A DNA stretch of 64,000 nt. Origin: Candidatus Omnitrophota bacterium. GTDB taxonomy: Bacteria; Omnitrophota; Gorgyraeia; JACQQV01. This document shows, piece after piece, positions 19,087-29,322 of this stretch (its first letter is position 1; each line of letters starts with the position of its first letter). Made by a program: the position numbers and the translations under genes. The notes under the pieces are model-generated. The model ran no database searches. It saw only the letters and a program-made list of their open reading frames with translations, and had not been told where the DNA came from. The stretch is from assembly GCA_016206785.1 (NCBI GenBank), contig JACQQV010000028.1, positions 5,438-69,437 of the forward strand. The letters are read 5' to 3'.

Positions 19087-20252
19087 AGGTGATGCGTATC
19101 ATCACCCGTCTGAATGTGGGGGGGCCTGCCCGCCACGCAGCCCTTCTGGACGAGGGGCTCGAGAAGGAGGGAATTCAAAGTGTCGTCGTCACCGGTCGTG
19201 TCGGCGGGGAAGAGGGAGACATGTCCTACCTCTTTTCGGAAAGGGGAAAGTCTCCCGTTATTCTCCCGGAACTCCGACGGGAAATTCATCCGCTTCTAGA
19301 TGCTGTGTGTCTGTGGAAACTCTTTCAGATCATGCGACGCGAGCGTCCCGATATTGTCCATACCCATATGGCAAAGGCAGGTACGCTGGGTCGGCTGGCC
19401 GCGACGTTTGCGCGAGTTCCGGTGCGGATTCATACGTTTCACGGCCATGTCTTCGAGGGATATTTTAGCGCCTTCAAAACACGCTTTTTCCTGTCGATCG
19501 AGCGCTTTCTTGCGAGGCGTTCGAATTGTCTCATTGCGGTAAGTGATCATGTCCGTCAGGAGATCTGCCGTCGCTATCGGATCGGTTCCCCGAAAAGGGT
19601 CCGTGTGATTCCTGTGGGTCTCGATCTGGAGCCTTTCCTCCGGTTCAATGGGAAAGAGGGAACTCTTCGGGCTGAACTGAGACTTTCTCCCCACACCCGA
19701 CTCATTGGGATCGTGGGGCGCCTCGTCCCGATTAAAGACCATCTCTTTTTTCTGGAAGTGGCAGAAACACTCCTCAAGAAGCGACAAGATACCCATTTTG
19801 TAATTGTGGGAAAAGGGGAGGAGGAGGAAACGCTAAAGCGTTTGGTCCGCCAAAAAGGACTTTCACACTCTGTGACCTTCTTGGGTTGGAGGAGGAATTT
19901 GGCAGAGGTCTATCCGGACCTTGACGTCGTGGTACTCACCTCGCGGAATGAGGGGACACCTGTGTCTCTCATTGAAGCGATGGCCTCCGGAAAAGCGGTC
20001 GTCGCCACGCGGGTCGGGGGGGTTCCGGATGTCGTACAAGAGGGTCTGACAGGATACACCGTTTCTTCCGGAGACCTTTCAGGTTTTGCCGCAAAGATTG
20101 AACTTCTTTTAGATCATCCAGATCTGCAGCAGCAGATGGGGGAGGCTGGACGAAAATGGGTGACCGAGCGGTTTTCGAAAGAAAGACTTCTTCAAGACAT
20201 ACGAACCCTTTATCAGGAACTCTTATCGAAAGACAAGGGGGCCATGCCGTGA
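19083..20252 (+). CDS. glycosyltransferase family 4
   Basis: MKVMRIITRLNVGGPARHA ... EGTPVSLIEAMASGKAVVATRVGGVPDVV, classic GT4 motifs. Confidence 0.8.
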   Translation: MKVMRIITRLNVGGPARHAALLDEGLEKEGIQSVVVTGRVGGEEGDMSYLFSERGKSPVILPELRREIHPLLDAVCLWKLFQIMRRERPDIVHTHMAKAGTLGRLAATFARVPVRIHTFHGHVFEGYFSAFKTRFFLSIERFLARRSNCLIAVSDHVRQEICRRYRIGSPKRVRVIPVGLDLEPFLRFNGKEGTLRAELRLSPHTRLIGIVGRLVPIKDHLFFLEVAETLLKKRQDTHFVIVGKGEEEETLKRLVRQKGLSHSVTFLGWRRNLAEVYPDLDVVVLTSRNEGTPVSLIEAMASGKAVVATRVGGVPDVVQEGLTGYTVSSGDLSGFAAKIELLLDHPDLQQQMGEAGRKWVTERFSKERLLQDIRTLYQELLSKDKGAMP

Positions 20253-21208
20253 AAATTCTTGTGACCGGAGGCGCAGGATTCATCGGTTCCCACCTTTCGG
20301 AGGCTCTTCTGGAAAAAGGGGAGGAGGTCTGGGTGATCGATGACCTCTCAACGGGAAAGCTTGAGAATCTTGAAAAGATCGTGAAGCACCCCCGTTTTCA
20401 TCTTGTGGTGGATACCATCATGAATGAGAAGGTGATGGAGGAACTCATCGAGAAGGTCGATCAGATTTATCATCTTGCTGCGGCGGTGGGGGTGCGTCTC
20501 ATCATGGATAGGCCGATCGAAACCATCGAAACCAATGTGAGAGGAACCGAAATCGTTTTGAAGATCGCGAACCTATACAAACGAAAGGTTCTACTCGCTT
20601 CCACCTCTGAAATCTACGGGAACCATGTGGAGCATACCCTCAGTGAAGATGATAATCGCATCCTTGGGTCCGTGCGCAAGCGGCGATGGGCTTATGCCTC
20701 TTCGAAAACCGTAGATGAATTCTTGGCACTTGCCTACCATCTGGAGAAAAAGCTTCCGGTTGTCATCGCAAGAATCTTCAATACGGTAGGCCCGCGGCAA
20801 ACGGGGCAATATGGGATGGTGATTCCCAATTTCGTCCAGGCGGCCCTGCTGGGGAAGCCGATCCAGGTCTACGGCGACGGTAAACAATCGAGGAGTTTTA
20901 ACCATGTGAAAGATACGATTTCCGCCCTCATCGGTCTCATGAATGAACCTGCGGCGGAAGGGGATGTCTTCAACGTCGGAAATGGTGAAGAGATCACCAT
21001 CGCCGACCTTGCCGAAAAGATTAAGAAAATGACCGGTTCCCCATCGCCCATCGAATTTGTCCCTTATGAAGAGGCCTACGGATATGGGTTTGAGGACATG
21101 CAGCGGCGGACCCCGAATATTTCAAAAATCCGATCCCTCATCGGTTACACACCGAGTCGACATTTGGAGGAAACACTTCAAAGTGTTATCGATTATTTTA
21201 AGCAGTAA
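20249..21208 (+). CDS. NAD-dependent nucleotide-sugar epimerase/dehydratase (WbpP/TviC-like 4-epimerase family)
   Basis: GTG start overlapping the upstream stop (GTGA); [12 protein letters not shown] Rossmann motif; YASSK catalytic YxxxK. Confidence 0.75.
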   Translation: MKILVTGGAGFIGSHLSEALLEKGEEVWVIDDLSTGKLENLEKIVKHPRFHLVVDTIMNEKVMEELIEKVDQIYHLAAAVGVRLIMDRPIETIETNVRGTEIVLKIANLYKRKVLLASTSEIYGNHVEHTLSEDDNRILGSVRKRRWAYASSKTVDEFLALAYHLEKKLPVVIARIFNTVGPRQTGQYGMVIPNFVQAALLGKPIQVYGDGKQSRSFNHVKDTISALIGLMNEPAAEGDVFNVGNGEEITIADLAEKIKKMTGSPSPIEFVPYEEAYGYGFEDMQRRTPNISKIRSLIGYTPSRHLEETLQSVIDYFKQ

Positions 21209-21263
21209 TCCACTCTCCCAACTGGTTCAAGGATTTCTCGCGAGCTTCCTGATCGCGTTTTTG

Positions 21264-23039
21264 ATGACACCGGTCATGCAAAGGATGGCACTAAAAGTTC
21301 ATTGCGTGTCCCTCCCAAAGAAGGACCGCTGGCACTCTCAGCCGATCCCCTTGTTGGGAGGGCTCGCCATTTTCATCGCATTTCTGATTCCGTATCTCTT
21401 CTTCTTTAGAGGAAGCGACACCTTCTGGGTACTCCTTCTAGGGTCGCTCCTTTCTGTAACACTTGGGGTTTTTGACGACCGCCGTCATATGAAGCCTTCT
21501 TCAAAACTGATTGGGCAGATCGTGATCGCCTGCCTCACTATCGGCTTTGGGGTTAAATTTTCCTCAGAGATTCCGCCTTTGATTGGTCTTCCACTAACAC
21601 TACTCTGGATCGTCGGAATGATGAATGCGCTAAATCTCATGGATAACATGGACGGTCTGGCCTCCGGCATCGCGGCCATTTCCGCCCTTTCCCTGTGCGT
21701 GGAGACTTTTGTAAGTGGAAATTTTCCCATTGCACTTTTAATGAGTTTTGTCATCGGAGCGACCCTTGCTTTTCTTCGATACAATTTTGCTCCTGCCCGT
21801 ATTTTTATGGGCGACAGTGGAAGCATGTTATTGGGGTATCTCCTCTCCGTCGGCGCGATTTTACAGGCGAATCACAGCGTTCCAAACGTCGTCATGACGT
21901 TGGCGATTCCGGTTCTCATCCTCTCCGTCCCAATTTTTGATACCACCTTTGTCACCCTTGCGCGGAAATTGAATCAGCGTCCTATCTCCCAGGGAGGGCG
22001 AGATCATACGTCTCATCGCTTGGTCGCCTTCGGGCTTTCAGAGCGGAAGGCAGTACTCACCCTCTATGTTGTAAGCCTTTTCTTCGGGGCCCTTTCCCTT
22101 GTCTCCTTACAACTCAATCTGGCGGTCGTGACGGTCTTCATCGGCCTCGCCGTCCTCATCCTGTTTCTATTTGGGATGTTTCTGGGGGAGGTTAAGGTTT
22201 ATACCGATGAAGAAAGATTGAAAGTCAACGGAGAAAAACCGGGATGGATTTTCTTAAATGGTGTCATTCTCCACAAAAGGCGGATCGTGGAAGTGCTGGT
22301 CGATTTAACCGTCATCTGTCTCTCGTATCTCACAGGGTTCCTCCTGAGGTTCGAAGGGGCCATTTCTCCAAGGAATCTGCAGTTAATCCTCGATTCCCTG
22401 CCGGTCCTCATCGGTGTCAAATGTCTCTCTTTCTTCTCCTTCGGTTTGTATCGCGGTGTCTGGCGTTACGTCAGTCTCAATGACCTCGTCGCCATTTTTA
22501 AGGCGGTCCTAGTGGGAGAGATCGCCTCGGTTCTTTTTCTGGTTTACCTTTTCAGGTTCGAGGGATACTCACGGACCGTCTTTGTCATCGATGGGCTTCT
22601 CTCACTCGTTCTCATCGCCGGTTCGCGGGTCATCCTACGCCTTTTCCGAGAATTTTTCATCTCGCTCGGGGAGCGGGGTAAACGGATTCTGATCATGGGA
22701 GCAGGAGATGCGGGTGAACTCGCCCTTCGGGAAATCCGGAACAACCGGCAACTCAATTATAAATTGGTCGGGTTTATCGACGACGATTTCAAAAAACAGG
22801 GATACCTCATTCATGGAATACCTGTGTTGGGGACGCGGCGCCATCTGGTTGAAGTTGCGAAGCGGGAAAGAGTCGAGGAAGTCTTGATCGCGATTCCTTC
22901 TGCTTCTGAAAAGCAACTTGCGGATGTCTATGAAAATTGTGAGAAAAACCATATTTTGTGTCATCGCATGCCTTTTGTGTTGATTGCCCCTCGCCTCGGC
23001 GAGACAATGGAGGTTACCGAGATGGTGAAGAGCCGATGA
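21264..23039 (+). CDS. WecA/MraY-type polyprenyl-phosphate N-acetylhexosamine-1-phosphate transferase fused to a C-terminal TM + Rossmann-like (CapD/WbaP N-terminal-like) domain
   Basis: PNPT signatures KKDRWHSQPIPLLGG and MMNALNLMDNMDGLASG in the N-terminal half. The C-terminal half has ILIMGAGDAGELALREI...YKLVGFIDDD...IHGIPVLG, resembling the N-terminal regulatory domain of CapD/PglF/WbaP proteins. The true start is probably a non-ATG codon slightly upstream, since the frame is open back to 21210 and TM1 begins before 21264. Confidence 0.7.
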   Translation: MTPVMQRMALKVHCVSLPKKDRWHSQPIPLLGGLAIFIAFLIPYLFFFRGSDTFWVLLLGSLLSVTLGVFDDRRHMKPSSKLIGQIVIACLTIGFGVKFSSEIPPLIGLPLTLLWIVGMMNALNLMDNMDGLASGIAAISALSLCVETFVSGNFPIALLMSFVIGATLAFLRYNFAPARIFMGDSGSMLLGYLLSVGAILQANHSVPNVVMTLAIPVLILSVPIFDTTFVTLARKLNQRPISQGGRDHTSHRLVAFGLSERKAVLTLYVVSLFFGALSLVSLQLNLAVVTVFIGLAVLILFLFGMFLGEVKVYTDEERLKVNGEKPGWIFLNGVILHKRRIVEVLVDLTVICLSYLTGFLLRFEGAISPRNLQLILDSLPVLIGVKCLSFFSFGLYRGVWRYVSLNDLVAIFKAVLVGEIASVLFLVYLFRFEGYSRTVFVIDGLLSLVLIAGSRVILRLFREFFISLGERGKRILIMGAGDAGELALREIRNNRQLNYKLVGFIDDDFKKQGYLIHGIPVLGTRRHLVEVAKRERVEEVLIAIPSASEKQLADVYENCEKNHILCHRMPFVLIAPRLGETMEVTEMVKSR

Positions 23040-24226
23040 AGCGTTGCTTATATCTTACCTACGATGGTCTATTGGACCCTTTGGGCCAATCCCAGATCCT
23101 TCCTTATCTGGAGCGGTTTGCCACAAAGGGGATCCCATTCACCGTCGTAAGTTTCGAGAAAGTCGAGCGGACGAAGGAGACCGAGAAGGCGCAAGTGCTC
23201 CATCAAAGATTAGCGCAGCAGGGCATTGAATGGATTCCCTTGCGTTATCACAAATGGCCCCCTGTCCTTTCAACTTTGTTCGACCTATTCCAGGGGCTGT
23301 GTGTCTGCACCCGAGTGTGTCGGCGTAGACCTCCTCAGCTTGTTCATGCACGGAGTTTTGTGGCAGGACTCTTAGCCTTGTGGGTAAAGCATCTTAAGCG
23401 GATCCCGTTTCTTTTCGATGTGCGGGGTTTTTGGCCGGAAGAGCGGGTTGAAGGGGGATTATGGAGGCCCCGTGGTTTTCTGTATCGGTGCGCCAAATGG
23501 TGGGAGAGGCGGTTTCTGAGAGCAGCCGACGGGATGGTGGTCTTAAGTCATGTGGCGAAGGGACTCCTTGAACAGCGGTTGGAGAAAGACAACCCCTTCG
23601 CTCCTATCGAAGTCATTCCGACCTGTACGGATCTTCATCGATTTATCCCAGATCCTGTGAACAAAAACGGTCTTACACGAATCGTCTATGTAGGCTCGAT
23701 AGGAACGTGGTACCTGGTAAGAGAGATGGTTGAATTTTTTCAAGCGTTGCAGGAGAGGCTCCCGGAGGTCCGTTGGACTCTTTTGACACCGAGAGACGAA
23801 CCTCTCCTGACGAACGCTTTAAGAAAAGTAGACCGTACCTCTTATGAAATTCGCATGCTGAAGCACGAAGAGATTCCGAGGGTGTTGCAGACCGCGCAAG
23901 CGAGTCTTTGTTTTATCAAACCGGTCGGTTCCAAAAAGGCCTCATGCCCTACGAAGGTCGGCGAATCGCTGGCTTGCGGCGTTCCGGTCGTGATCACGAG
24001 AGGAATTGGAGATTGTGATGAGATTGTGCAACGGGAGCGGGTCGGCGTGGTCGTGACAGACCTTTCGCTGAGAGGTTATCGAGAAGCGATTGAGCGACTG
24101 ATCGCCTTGAGGGTGGAGGGCGCAGCACTTGCCCAACGGTGTCGGCGCGTTGCCCAGGACCATTTTGATCTCGACCGGGGTGTCGAAAAGTATCTGGCTC
24201 TTTATGAACGATTGATGAATCCATGA
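23036..24226 (+). CDS. glycosyltransferase family 4
   Basis: ATG overlapping the upstream stop (ATGA); ...PTKVGESLACGVPVVITRGIGDCDEIV GT4 C-terminal motif. Confidence 0.7.
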   Translation: MKRCLYLTYDGLLDPLGQSQILPYLERFATKGIPFTVVSFEKVERTKETEKAQVLHQRLAQQGIEWIPLRYHKWPPVLSTLFDLFQGLCVCTRVCRRRPPQLVHARSFVAGLLALWVKHLKRIPFLFDVRGFWPEERVEGGLWRPRGFLYRCAKWWERRFLRAADGMVVLSHVAKGLLEQRLEKDNPFAPIEVIPTCTDLHRFIPDPVNKNGLTRIVYVGSIGTWYLVREMVEFFQALQERLPEVRWTLLTPRDEPLLTNALRKVDRTSYEIRMLKHEEIPRVLQTAQASLCFIKPVGSKKASCPTKVGESLACGVPVVITRGIGDCDEIVQRERVGVVVTDLSLRGYREAIERLIALRVEGAALAQRCRRVAQDHFDLDRGVEKYLALYERLMNP

Positions 24227-25131
24227 GAAACCCCAATAGACGGGTCTTGGTGACAGGTGCTGCAGGAATGTTGGGAACGGCGCTTTGTTCGTCTCTTACG
24301 AGAAAAGAATTCCATGTTCTGAAAACAGATATACGGAGTGGGGAGAAAGAAATAGAACTTCTTGATGTCTCAAACTATGAAGAGGTTCAACAGTTCGTTC
24401 AAGAAACCAAGCCTCACCTCACAATGCATCTTGCTGCAGAGACGGATGTGGATAAGTGCCAGCTTGAAGTAGACCATGCCTATCGCGTCAATACCCTTGG
24501 AACGGAAAATGTCGCTTTGGCCTGTCAGAGGTGGGATATCCCGCTAGTGTACATCAGTACCGGTGCTGTTTTTGATGGCGAAAAACCAGAGCCCTACACC
24601 GAGTTTGATGAACCGAATCCGGTGAATGTCTATGCCAAGACAAAATGGGAGGGGGAAAAGATTGTGCAAACCCTTGTGCGGAAGCATTTCATCGTTCGGG
24701 CAGGATGGATGATTGGGGGAGGGAGGAAAGACAAAAAATTCGTTGCCAAAATCGTCGAACTTCTTCAAACGCAGAAAGAGATTCCTGTTGTGACGGACAA
24801 GTTCGGTAATCCTACCTTTACGAAGGATCTCTCGGAAAATTTACTTCTTCTGATCCAGACCGGACGCTTTGGACTTTATCATATGGTGAACCGGGGGGGA
24901 TGTTCCCGCTATCAGATCGCACAAAAGATTGCAGAGTGTATGGGAAAAAAGGATGTGGTGCTGAGACCCGTGACCTCCGAGGCCTTCCCACTTCCAGCCC
25001 CTCGCGGACGCTCTGAAATGCTTTTGAATTATCGGCTCTCCCTTTTGGGATTAGATCGCATGAGACCGTGGACAGAGGCGTTGAAAGATTATTTAAGCAC
25101 TCTTCAACAAGAGGAAATCGTTGTTCATTAA
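24223..25131 (+). CDS. RmlD-like NAD(P)-dependent sugar-nucleotide reductase (second RmlD paralog)
   Basis: VLVTGAAGMLGTAL, YAKTK (YxxxK), about 300 aa RmlD substrate-binding-domain layout. Confidence 0.65.
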   Translation: MRNPNRRVLVTGAAGMLGTALCSSLTRKEFHVLKTDIRSGEKEIELLDVSNYEEVQQFVQETKPHLTMHLAAETDVDKCQLEVDHAYRVNTLGTENVALACQRWDIPLVYISTGAVFDGEKPEPYTEFDEPNPVNVYAKTKWEGEKIVQTLVRKHFIVRAGWMIGGGRKDKKFVAKIVELLQTQKEIPVVTDKFGNPTFTKDLSENLLLLIQTGRFGLYHMVNRGGCSRYQIAQKIAECMGKKDVVLRPVTSEAFPLPAPRGRSEMLLNYRLSLLGLDRMRPWTEALKDYLSTLQQEEIVVH

Positions 25132-25133
25132 TC

Positions 25134-26222
25134 ATGAAGGTATTATTTTTAGTTCCCTATCCCATTGAAGGACCGAGCTCCCGATTCAGAGTGGCTCAGT
25201 ATCTCCCCTATTTGGAATCGCGGGGGATAAAATGCATTTTTCGCCCTTTTGTTTCTTCAGAGGCGTTTTCTATTCTTTACAAGAGAGGTTATCTCTTCCA
25301 AAAAGTAAGAATTGTGTTTATCGGTTTTTTAAAGCGTTTAAAAGACCTGGGGACTGCTCGGTACTGTGACGTTGTTTTTATTCACCTCGAGGCCTTTCCC
25401 CTCGGCCCCCCTTTCTTGGAATGGGTCCTTTATCGCACCCGGAGGCCGATCGTCTACGATCTGGATGATGCGATATTTCTTGGGAGAACGAGTCAAACCC
25501 CTATCATTCAGAAATTGAAATTTCCATCGAAGATCCCGACGATTATACGTTGGAGTAGGACTGTAATTACCTGTAACGAGTATCTCGGAAATTATGCCAG
25601 GCGATTCAACAGAGAAGTCGCTGTGATTCCAACACCCTTGGATACGGCAAAATTTGTTCCTCGTCCTTTAGAGAATCCTCATCCTCTGGTGATTGGTTGG
25701 ATTGGAAGTCATAGCACGACTCCCTTTTTGCGACAGCTCGATTCTGTTTTTCAAAAACTTGGTAAAAAATACAAATTTACCTTAAAAGTCGTCGGGGCTT
25801 CTCAAACAGTTCAGATTCCAGGGGTACACGTGGAAAACATCCCATGGTCCCTTGAACGGGATGTGCAGGCTTTTCAGGAAATCGACATCGGGGTTTATCC
25901 CCTTCCTCAGGAAGAGTGGATTTTAGGAAAAACGGGGTTCAAAACCATCCAATATATGTCTGTAGGGATACCGGTGGTAGCATCCCGTCTCGGGACGAAC
26001 CAGCAAATTATTGAAGAGGGTGTGAATGGCTTTCTCGTCAATTCTGAAGAGGAATGGCTCGATAAACTTTCCTTATTGATCGAAAACCCTGGGTTGAGAA
26101 AGAAATTCGGAGAGGAGGGGAGAAGGACCGTTGAGAAATGGTACGCGTTGGAGGCCCATCAAAATCGGATGTTAGAGGTATTTAAAAATCTTTCAAGGGA
26201 GGGGAAACTGCATGATTGCTGA
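25134..26222 (+). CDS. glycosyltransferase family 4
   Basis: MKVLFLVPYPIEGPSSRFRVAQY... with C-terminal ...GFKTIQYMSVGIPVVASRLGTNQQII GT4 pattern. Confidence 0.7.
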   Translation: MKVLFLVPYPIEGPSSRFRVAQYLPYLESRGIKCIFRPFVSSEAFSILYKRGYLFQKVRIVFIGFLKRLKDLGTARYCDVVFIHLEAFPLGPPFLEWVLYRTRRPIVYDLDDAIFLGRTSQTPIIQKLKFPSKIPTIIRWSRTVITCNEYLGNYARRFNREVAVIPTPLDTAKFVPRPLENPHPLVIGWIGSHSTTPFLRQLDSVFQKLGKKYKFTLKVVGASQTVQIPGVHVENIPWSLERDVQAFQEIDIGVYPLPQEEWILGKTGFKTIQYMSVGIPVVASRLGTNQQIIEEGVNGFLVNSEEEWLDKLSLLIENPGLRKKFGEEGRRTVEKWYALEAHQNRMLEVFKNLSREGKLHDC

Positions 26223-26667
26223 CGTAAAAGTGAAGACACTCAAGGTGATTCCCGACGAACGCGGGAGACTCATGGAAATTTTGCGAACCGACGATGAAGT
26301 ATTTCGAAAATTTGGGCAGATTTACCTCACCGTCGCCTATCCCGGTGTGGTGAAGGGATGGCATTATCATAAAGTACAGTATGACAATTTCGCCTGCGTG
26401 AGCGGAATGATCAAGCTCGTTCTTTACGATGCACGGGAGAATTCGCAGACCTATAAAAAGATCGACGAGTTTTTCATGGGACTTCACAATCCCATCTTGG
26501 TACAAATTCCTCCTTATGTTTATCACGGATTCAAAGCGATAGGAACTCAAGAGGGCCTCATGATCAATCTCTCCACGGAACTTTATTACTATAAGGAGCC
26601 GGATGAATTTCGACTTTCCCCTCATTCAAAAGAAATTCCATACGATTGGAGTAAAGTCGATGGCTAA
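26212..26667 (+). CDS. rfbC: dTDP-4-dehydrorhamnose 3,5-epimerase (short cupin type)
   Basis: 151 aa cupin; LKVIPDERGRLMEILR...GWHYHK; sits directly upstream of rfbA-rfbB-rfbD. Confidence 0.8.
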   Translation: MIADVKVKTLKVIPDERGRLMEILRTDDEVFRKFGQIYLTVAYPGVVKGWHYHKVQYDNFACVSGMIKLVLYDARENSQTYKKIDEFFMGLHNPILVQIPPYVYHGFKAIGTQEGLMINLSTELYYYKEPDEFRLSPHSKEIPYDWSKVDG

Positions 26668-27403
26668 AAACGAAAAGGTGCGCGGTATCATTTTGGCCGG
26701 TGGATTAGGAACAAGACTCCAACCGTTAACCGAGGTGACCAACAAGCACCTTTTGCCGGTCTACAACCAACCGATGATTTATTACCCGATTCAGACATTG
26801 GTGTCGGCAGGGATTCGTGACATCCTGATTGTCACAGGGGGAAATGATGCAGGGGATTTTTTGAGACTCCTTGGAAACGGGAAACAGTTTGGCCTTAAAC
26901 ATATCAATTACACCTACCAGAAAGGAGAGGGAGGTATTGCCGAGGCCCTTTCCCTTGCCGAACATTTTTCGCATGGGGGAAAAGTTATTGTGATCTTGGG
27001 AGACAATATCATCGAAAAAGGGATTGGGAAGTCTGTGGAGGCTTTTCGAAAGCAGGGGAAGGGAGCGAGAGTCCTTTTGAAAGAGGTGGAGGATCCTGAG
27101 CGTTTTGGAGTGGCAGAAATAAGGGGAGACAGACTCGTCGGCATTGAAGAGAAGCCGAAGAAGCCAAAATCCCGTTACATTGTGACAGGCATTTATATGT
27201 ATAATGCCCAGGTCTTCGATATCATTCGCACCTTGAAACCCTCCGGCCGAGGGGAATTGGAAATCACCGATGTGAACAACGCTTACATTGAGGAAGGGGA
27301 AATGCAATATGACCTTCTGGAGGGGTGGTGGTCGGATGCGGGGACTTTTGATTCGCTGTTGCGCGCGAACCAACTCGTGGCGGAGGGGGCCAAAAAGAGA
27401 TGA
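26660..27403 (+). CDS. rfbA: glucose-1-phosphate thymidylyltransferase (short form)
   Basis: RGIILAGGLGTRLQPLTEVTNKHLLPVYNQPMIYYPI...LGDNI, canonical sugar-1-P nucleotidyltransferase motifs. Confidence 0.85.
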   Translation: MAKNEKVRGIILAGGLGTRLQPLTEVTNKHLLPVYNQPMIYYPIQTLVSAGIRDILIVTGGNDAGDFLRLLGNGKQFGLKHINYTYQKGEGGIAEALSLAEHFSHGGKVIVILGDNIIEKGIGKSVEAFRKQGKGARVLLKEVEDPERFGVAEIRGDRLVGIEEKPKKPKSRYIVTGIYMYNAQVFDIIRTLKPSGRGELEITDVNNAYIEEGEMQYDLLEGWWSDAGTFDSLLRANQLVAEGAKKR

Positions 27404-28410
27404 AAAAGGTGCTCGTGACCGGCGGTCTCGGTTTCATCGGTTCTAATTTTGTAAGATTCCTTTTGAAGAAATACCCGGATCTCCAGGTGGTGAATCTTGA
27501 CAAAGAAACGTATTGCGGCAATCTGGAGAACCTGGAAGACGTTGAAGGAAACCCCCGGTACGAATTCATCCGAGGAGACATCTGCGACCCAGAGGGACTG
27601 GCCAAGGCGATGTCGGGATGTAGTTCCGTGTTCAACTTTGCAGCCCAGACCCATGTGGACCGCTCCATTTTAAATGCAGAAGAATTTGTGACGACCAATG
27701 TTTTTGGAACCTATGTGCTTTTGGAATCGGCAAAGCGCATGAGACTTGAAAAGTTCGTACAGATTTCAACGGATGAGGTGTATGGGAGTATTGAAAAGGG
27801 CTCTTTTTCTGAGGAGAGCACTCTTTATCCGAGCAGTCCTTATGCGGCAAGCAAGGCCTCCGCGGACCTCTTGTGCATGGCCTATTTCAAAACCTATGGG
27901 ATTCCCATTCTCATCACGCGGTGCACCAACAACTTCGGCCCCTTTCAGTATCCTGAGAAGCTTGTCCCCCTTTTTATTACGAATGCGATTGAAAATCGCA
28001 AACTTCCTTTGTATGGTGATGGTCTCAATCGGAGAGAGTGGGTTTATGTGTTAGATCACTGCGAGGCGATTGATCTTCTTTGGGAAAAGGGGGGAAACGG
28101 AGAAATTTACAATATCGGGTCCGGACACGAAATTTCAAACAAAGAGATGGCGCTCACCCTCTTGAAGGAGTTGGGAAAGGCAGAGTCATTGATTGAGTAT
28201 GTAAAGGATAGACCCGCCCATGATCGTCGCTATTCTGTCACCACGAAAAAACTCCGCTCACTCGGCTGGGAGCCGCACCACTCGTTCAAGAAGGCCCTTC
28301 GCGAAACAACCCTTTGGTACAAAGATCATGCACCCTGGTGGCAGAAACTGAAGAAGAAGAGAAAAGAGTTTCAGGATTACTACGATGTTCAGTACGGGGT
28401 GAGGGGATGA
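27400..28410 (+). CDS. rfbB: dTDP-glucose 4,6-dehydratase
   Basis: MKKVLVTGGLGFIGSNFVRFLL...YAASKASADL (YxxxK); standard RmlB length and motifs. Confidence 0.9.
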   Translation: MKKVLVTGGLGFIGSNFVRFLLKKYPDLQVVNLDKETYCGNLENLEDVEGNPRYEFIRGDICDPEGLAKAMSGCSSVFNFAAQTHVDRSILNAEEFVTTNVFGTYVLLESAKRMRLEKFVQISTDEVYGSIEKGSFSEESTLYPSSPYAASKASADLLCMAYFKTYGIPILITRCTNNFGPFQYPEKLVPLFITNAIENRKLPLYGDGLNRREWVYVLDHCEAIDLLWEKGGNGEIYNIGSGHEISNKEMALTLLKELGKAESLIEYVKDRPAHDRRYSVTTKKLRSLGWEPHHSFKKALRETTLWYKDHAPWWQKLKKKRKEFQDYYDVQYGVRG

Positions 28411-29312
28411 AGATTTTAATTACTGGGGTGACGGGAATGCTCGGGACCTCGCTCTCCCGTCTTTTTTTAGCACGGCATCATGAGGTTTGCGGACTTTCCC
28501 GTGGCAAAACGTCGCGTCTCCCCTTGCAAGGCGAAACACTTCTCAAGGTCGATATCACCGATGAGGCCGCGATAGACCGTGCGGTTCAATCGGCAAGACC
28601 CGACGTGGTCTTTCATGCCGCTGCCATTTCAGATGTCGATTTTTGTGAAACGTCCCCGGCGGAGGCCGATCGGGTCAATGGCGAAGGAACGCGCATCGTC
28701 GCAAAAGCCACTTGCACCTCTGGAGCGCTTTTTTGTTACCTCAGTACCGATTATGTATTTGACGGAGAAAACAAGGCTCCCTACCGGGAAGAAGATGTCT
28801 GCAATCCGATCAATCGTTATGGAAAATCCAAATGGGCAGGTGAGAAACAGACCCGCTCCCTCTGTCCGCGTCATTATATTGTGCGGACCTCTTGGCTCTT
28901 TGGAGAAAACCGCGATTCTTTCGTTCACCATGTTCTCGAATGGGCACTCTCTCGGAAAGAGATACGGCTTGTCGGAGACAAATGGGCCAATCCGACCTAT
29001 GCCCCTGATTTGGCGGAATGTCTCTATCGCCTGATCGAGACAAGGGCCCCTTTCGGAACCTATCACATCACCAATCAAGAAGGAGGATGCAGTTGGTTCG
29101 ACTATGGCAAGCAGATCCTTGCCTATCGCGGGATGAACGGTGTCGCCGTCACGTCGATGTCTTTGGCGAAATTAAAACGGCCCGCGAAAAGACCACCGAT
29201 GTCTGTCCTAAACATCGACAAATTTTTAGAAGCAACGGGATCACCACCTCGTTCTTGGCGGGAAGCACTGCGGGAATATCTCAGTTCTGTGTGCCCATCT
29301 CAAAAACCATGA
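28407..29312 (+). CDS. rfbD: dTDP-4-dehydrorhamnose reductase
   Basis: MKILITGVTGMLGTSL...YGKSKWAGE; RmlD family; completes the rfbCABD set. Confidence 0.85.
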   Translation: MKILITGVTGMLGTSLSRLFLARHHEVCGLSRGKTSRLPLQGETLLKVDITDEAAIDRAVQSARPDVVFHAAAISDVDFCETSPAEADRVNGEGTRIVAKATCTSGALFCYLSTDYVFDGENKAPYREEDVCNPINRYGKSKWAGEKQTRSLCPRHYIVRTSWLFGENRDSFVHHVLEWALSRKEIRLVGDKWANPTYAPDLAECLYRLIETRAPFGTYHITNQEGGCSWFDYGKQILAYRGMNGVAVTSMSLAKLKRPAKRPPMSVLNIDKFLEATGSPPRSWREALREYLSSVCPSQKP

Positions 29313-29322
29313 GGAGAATAAC

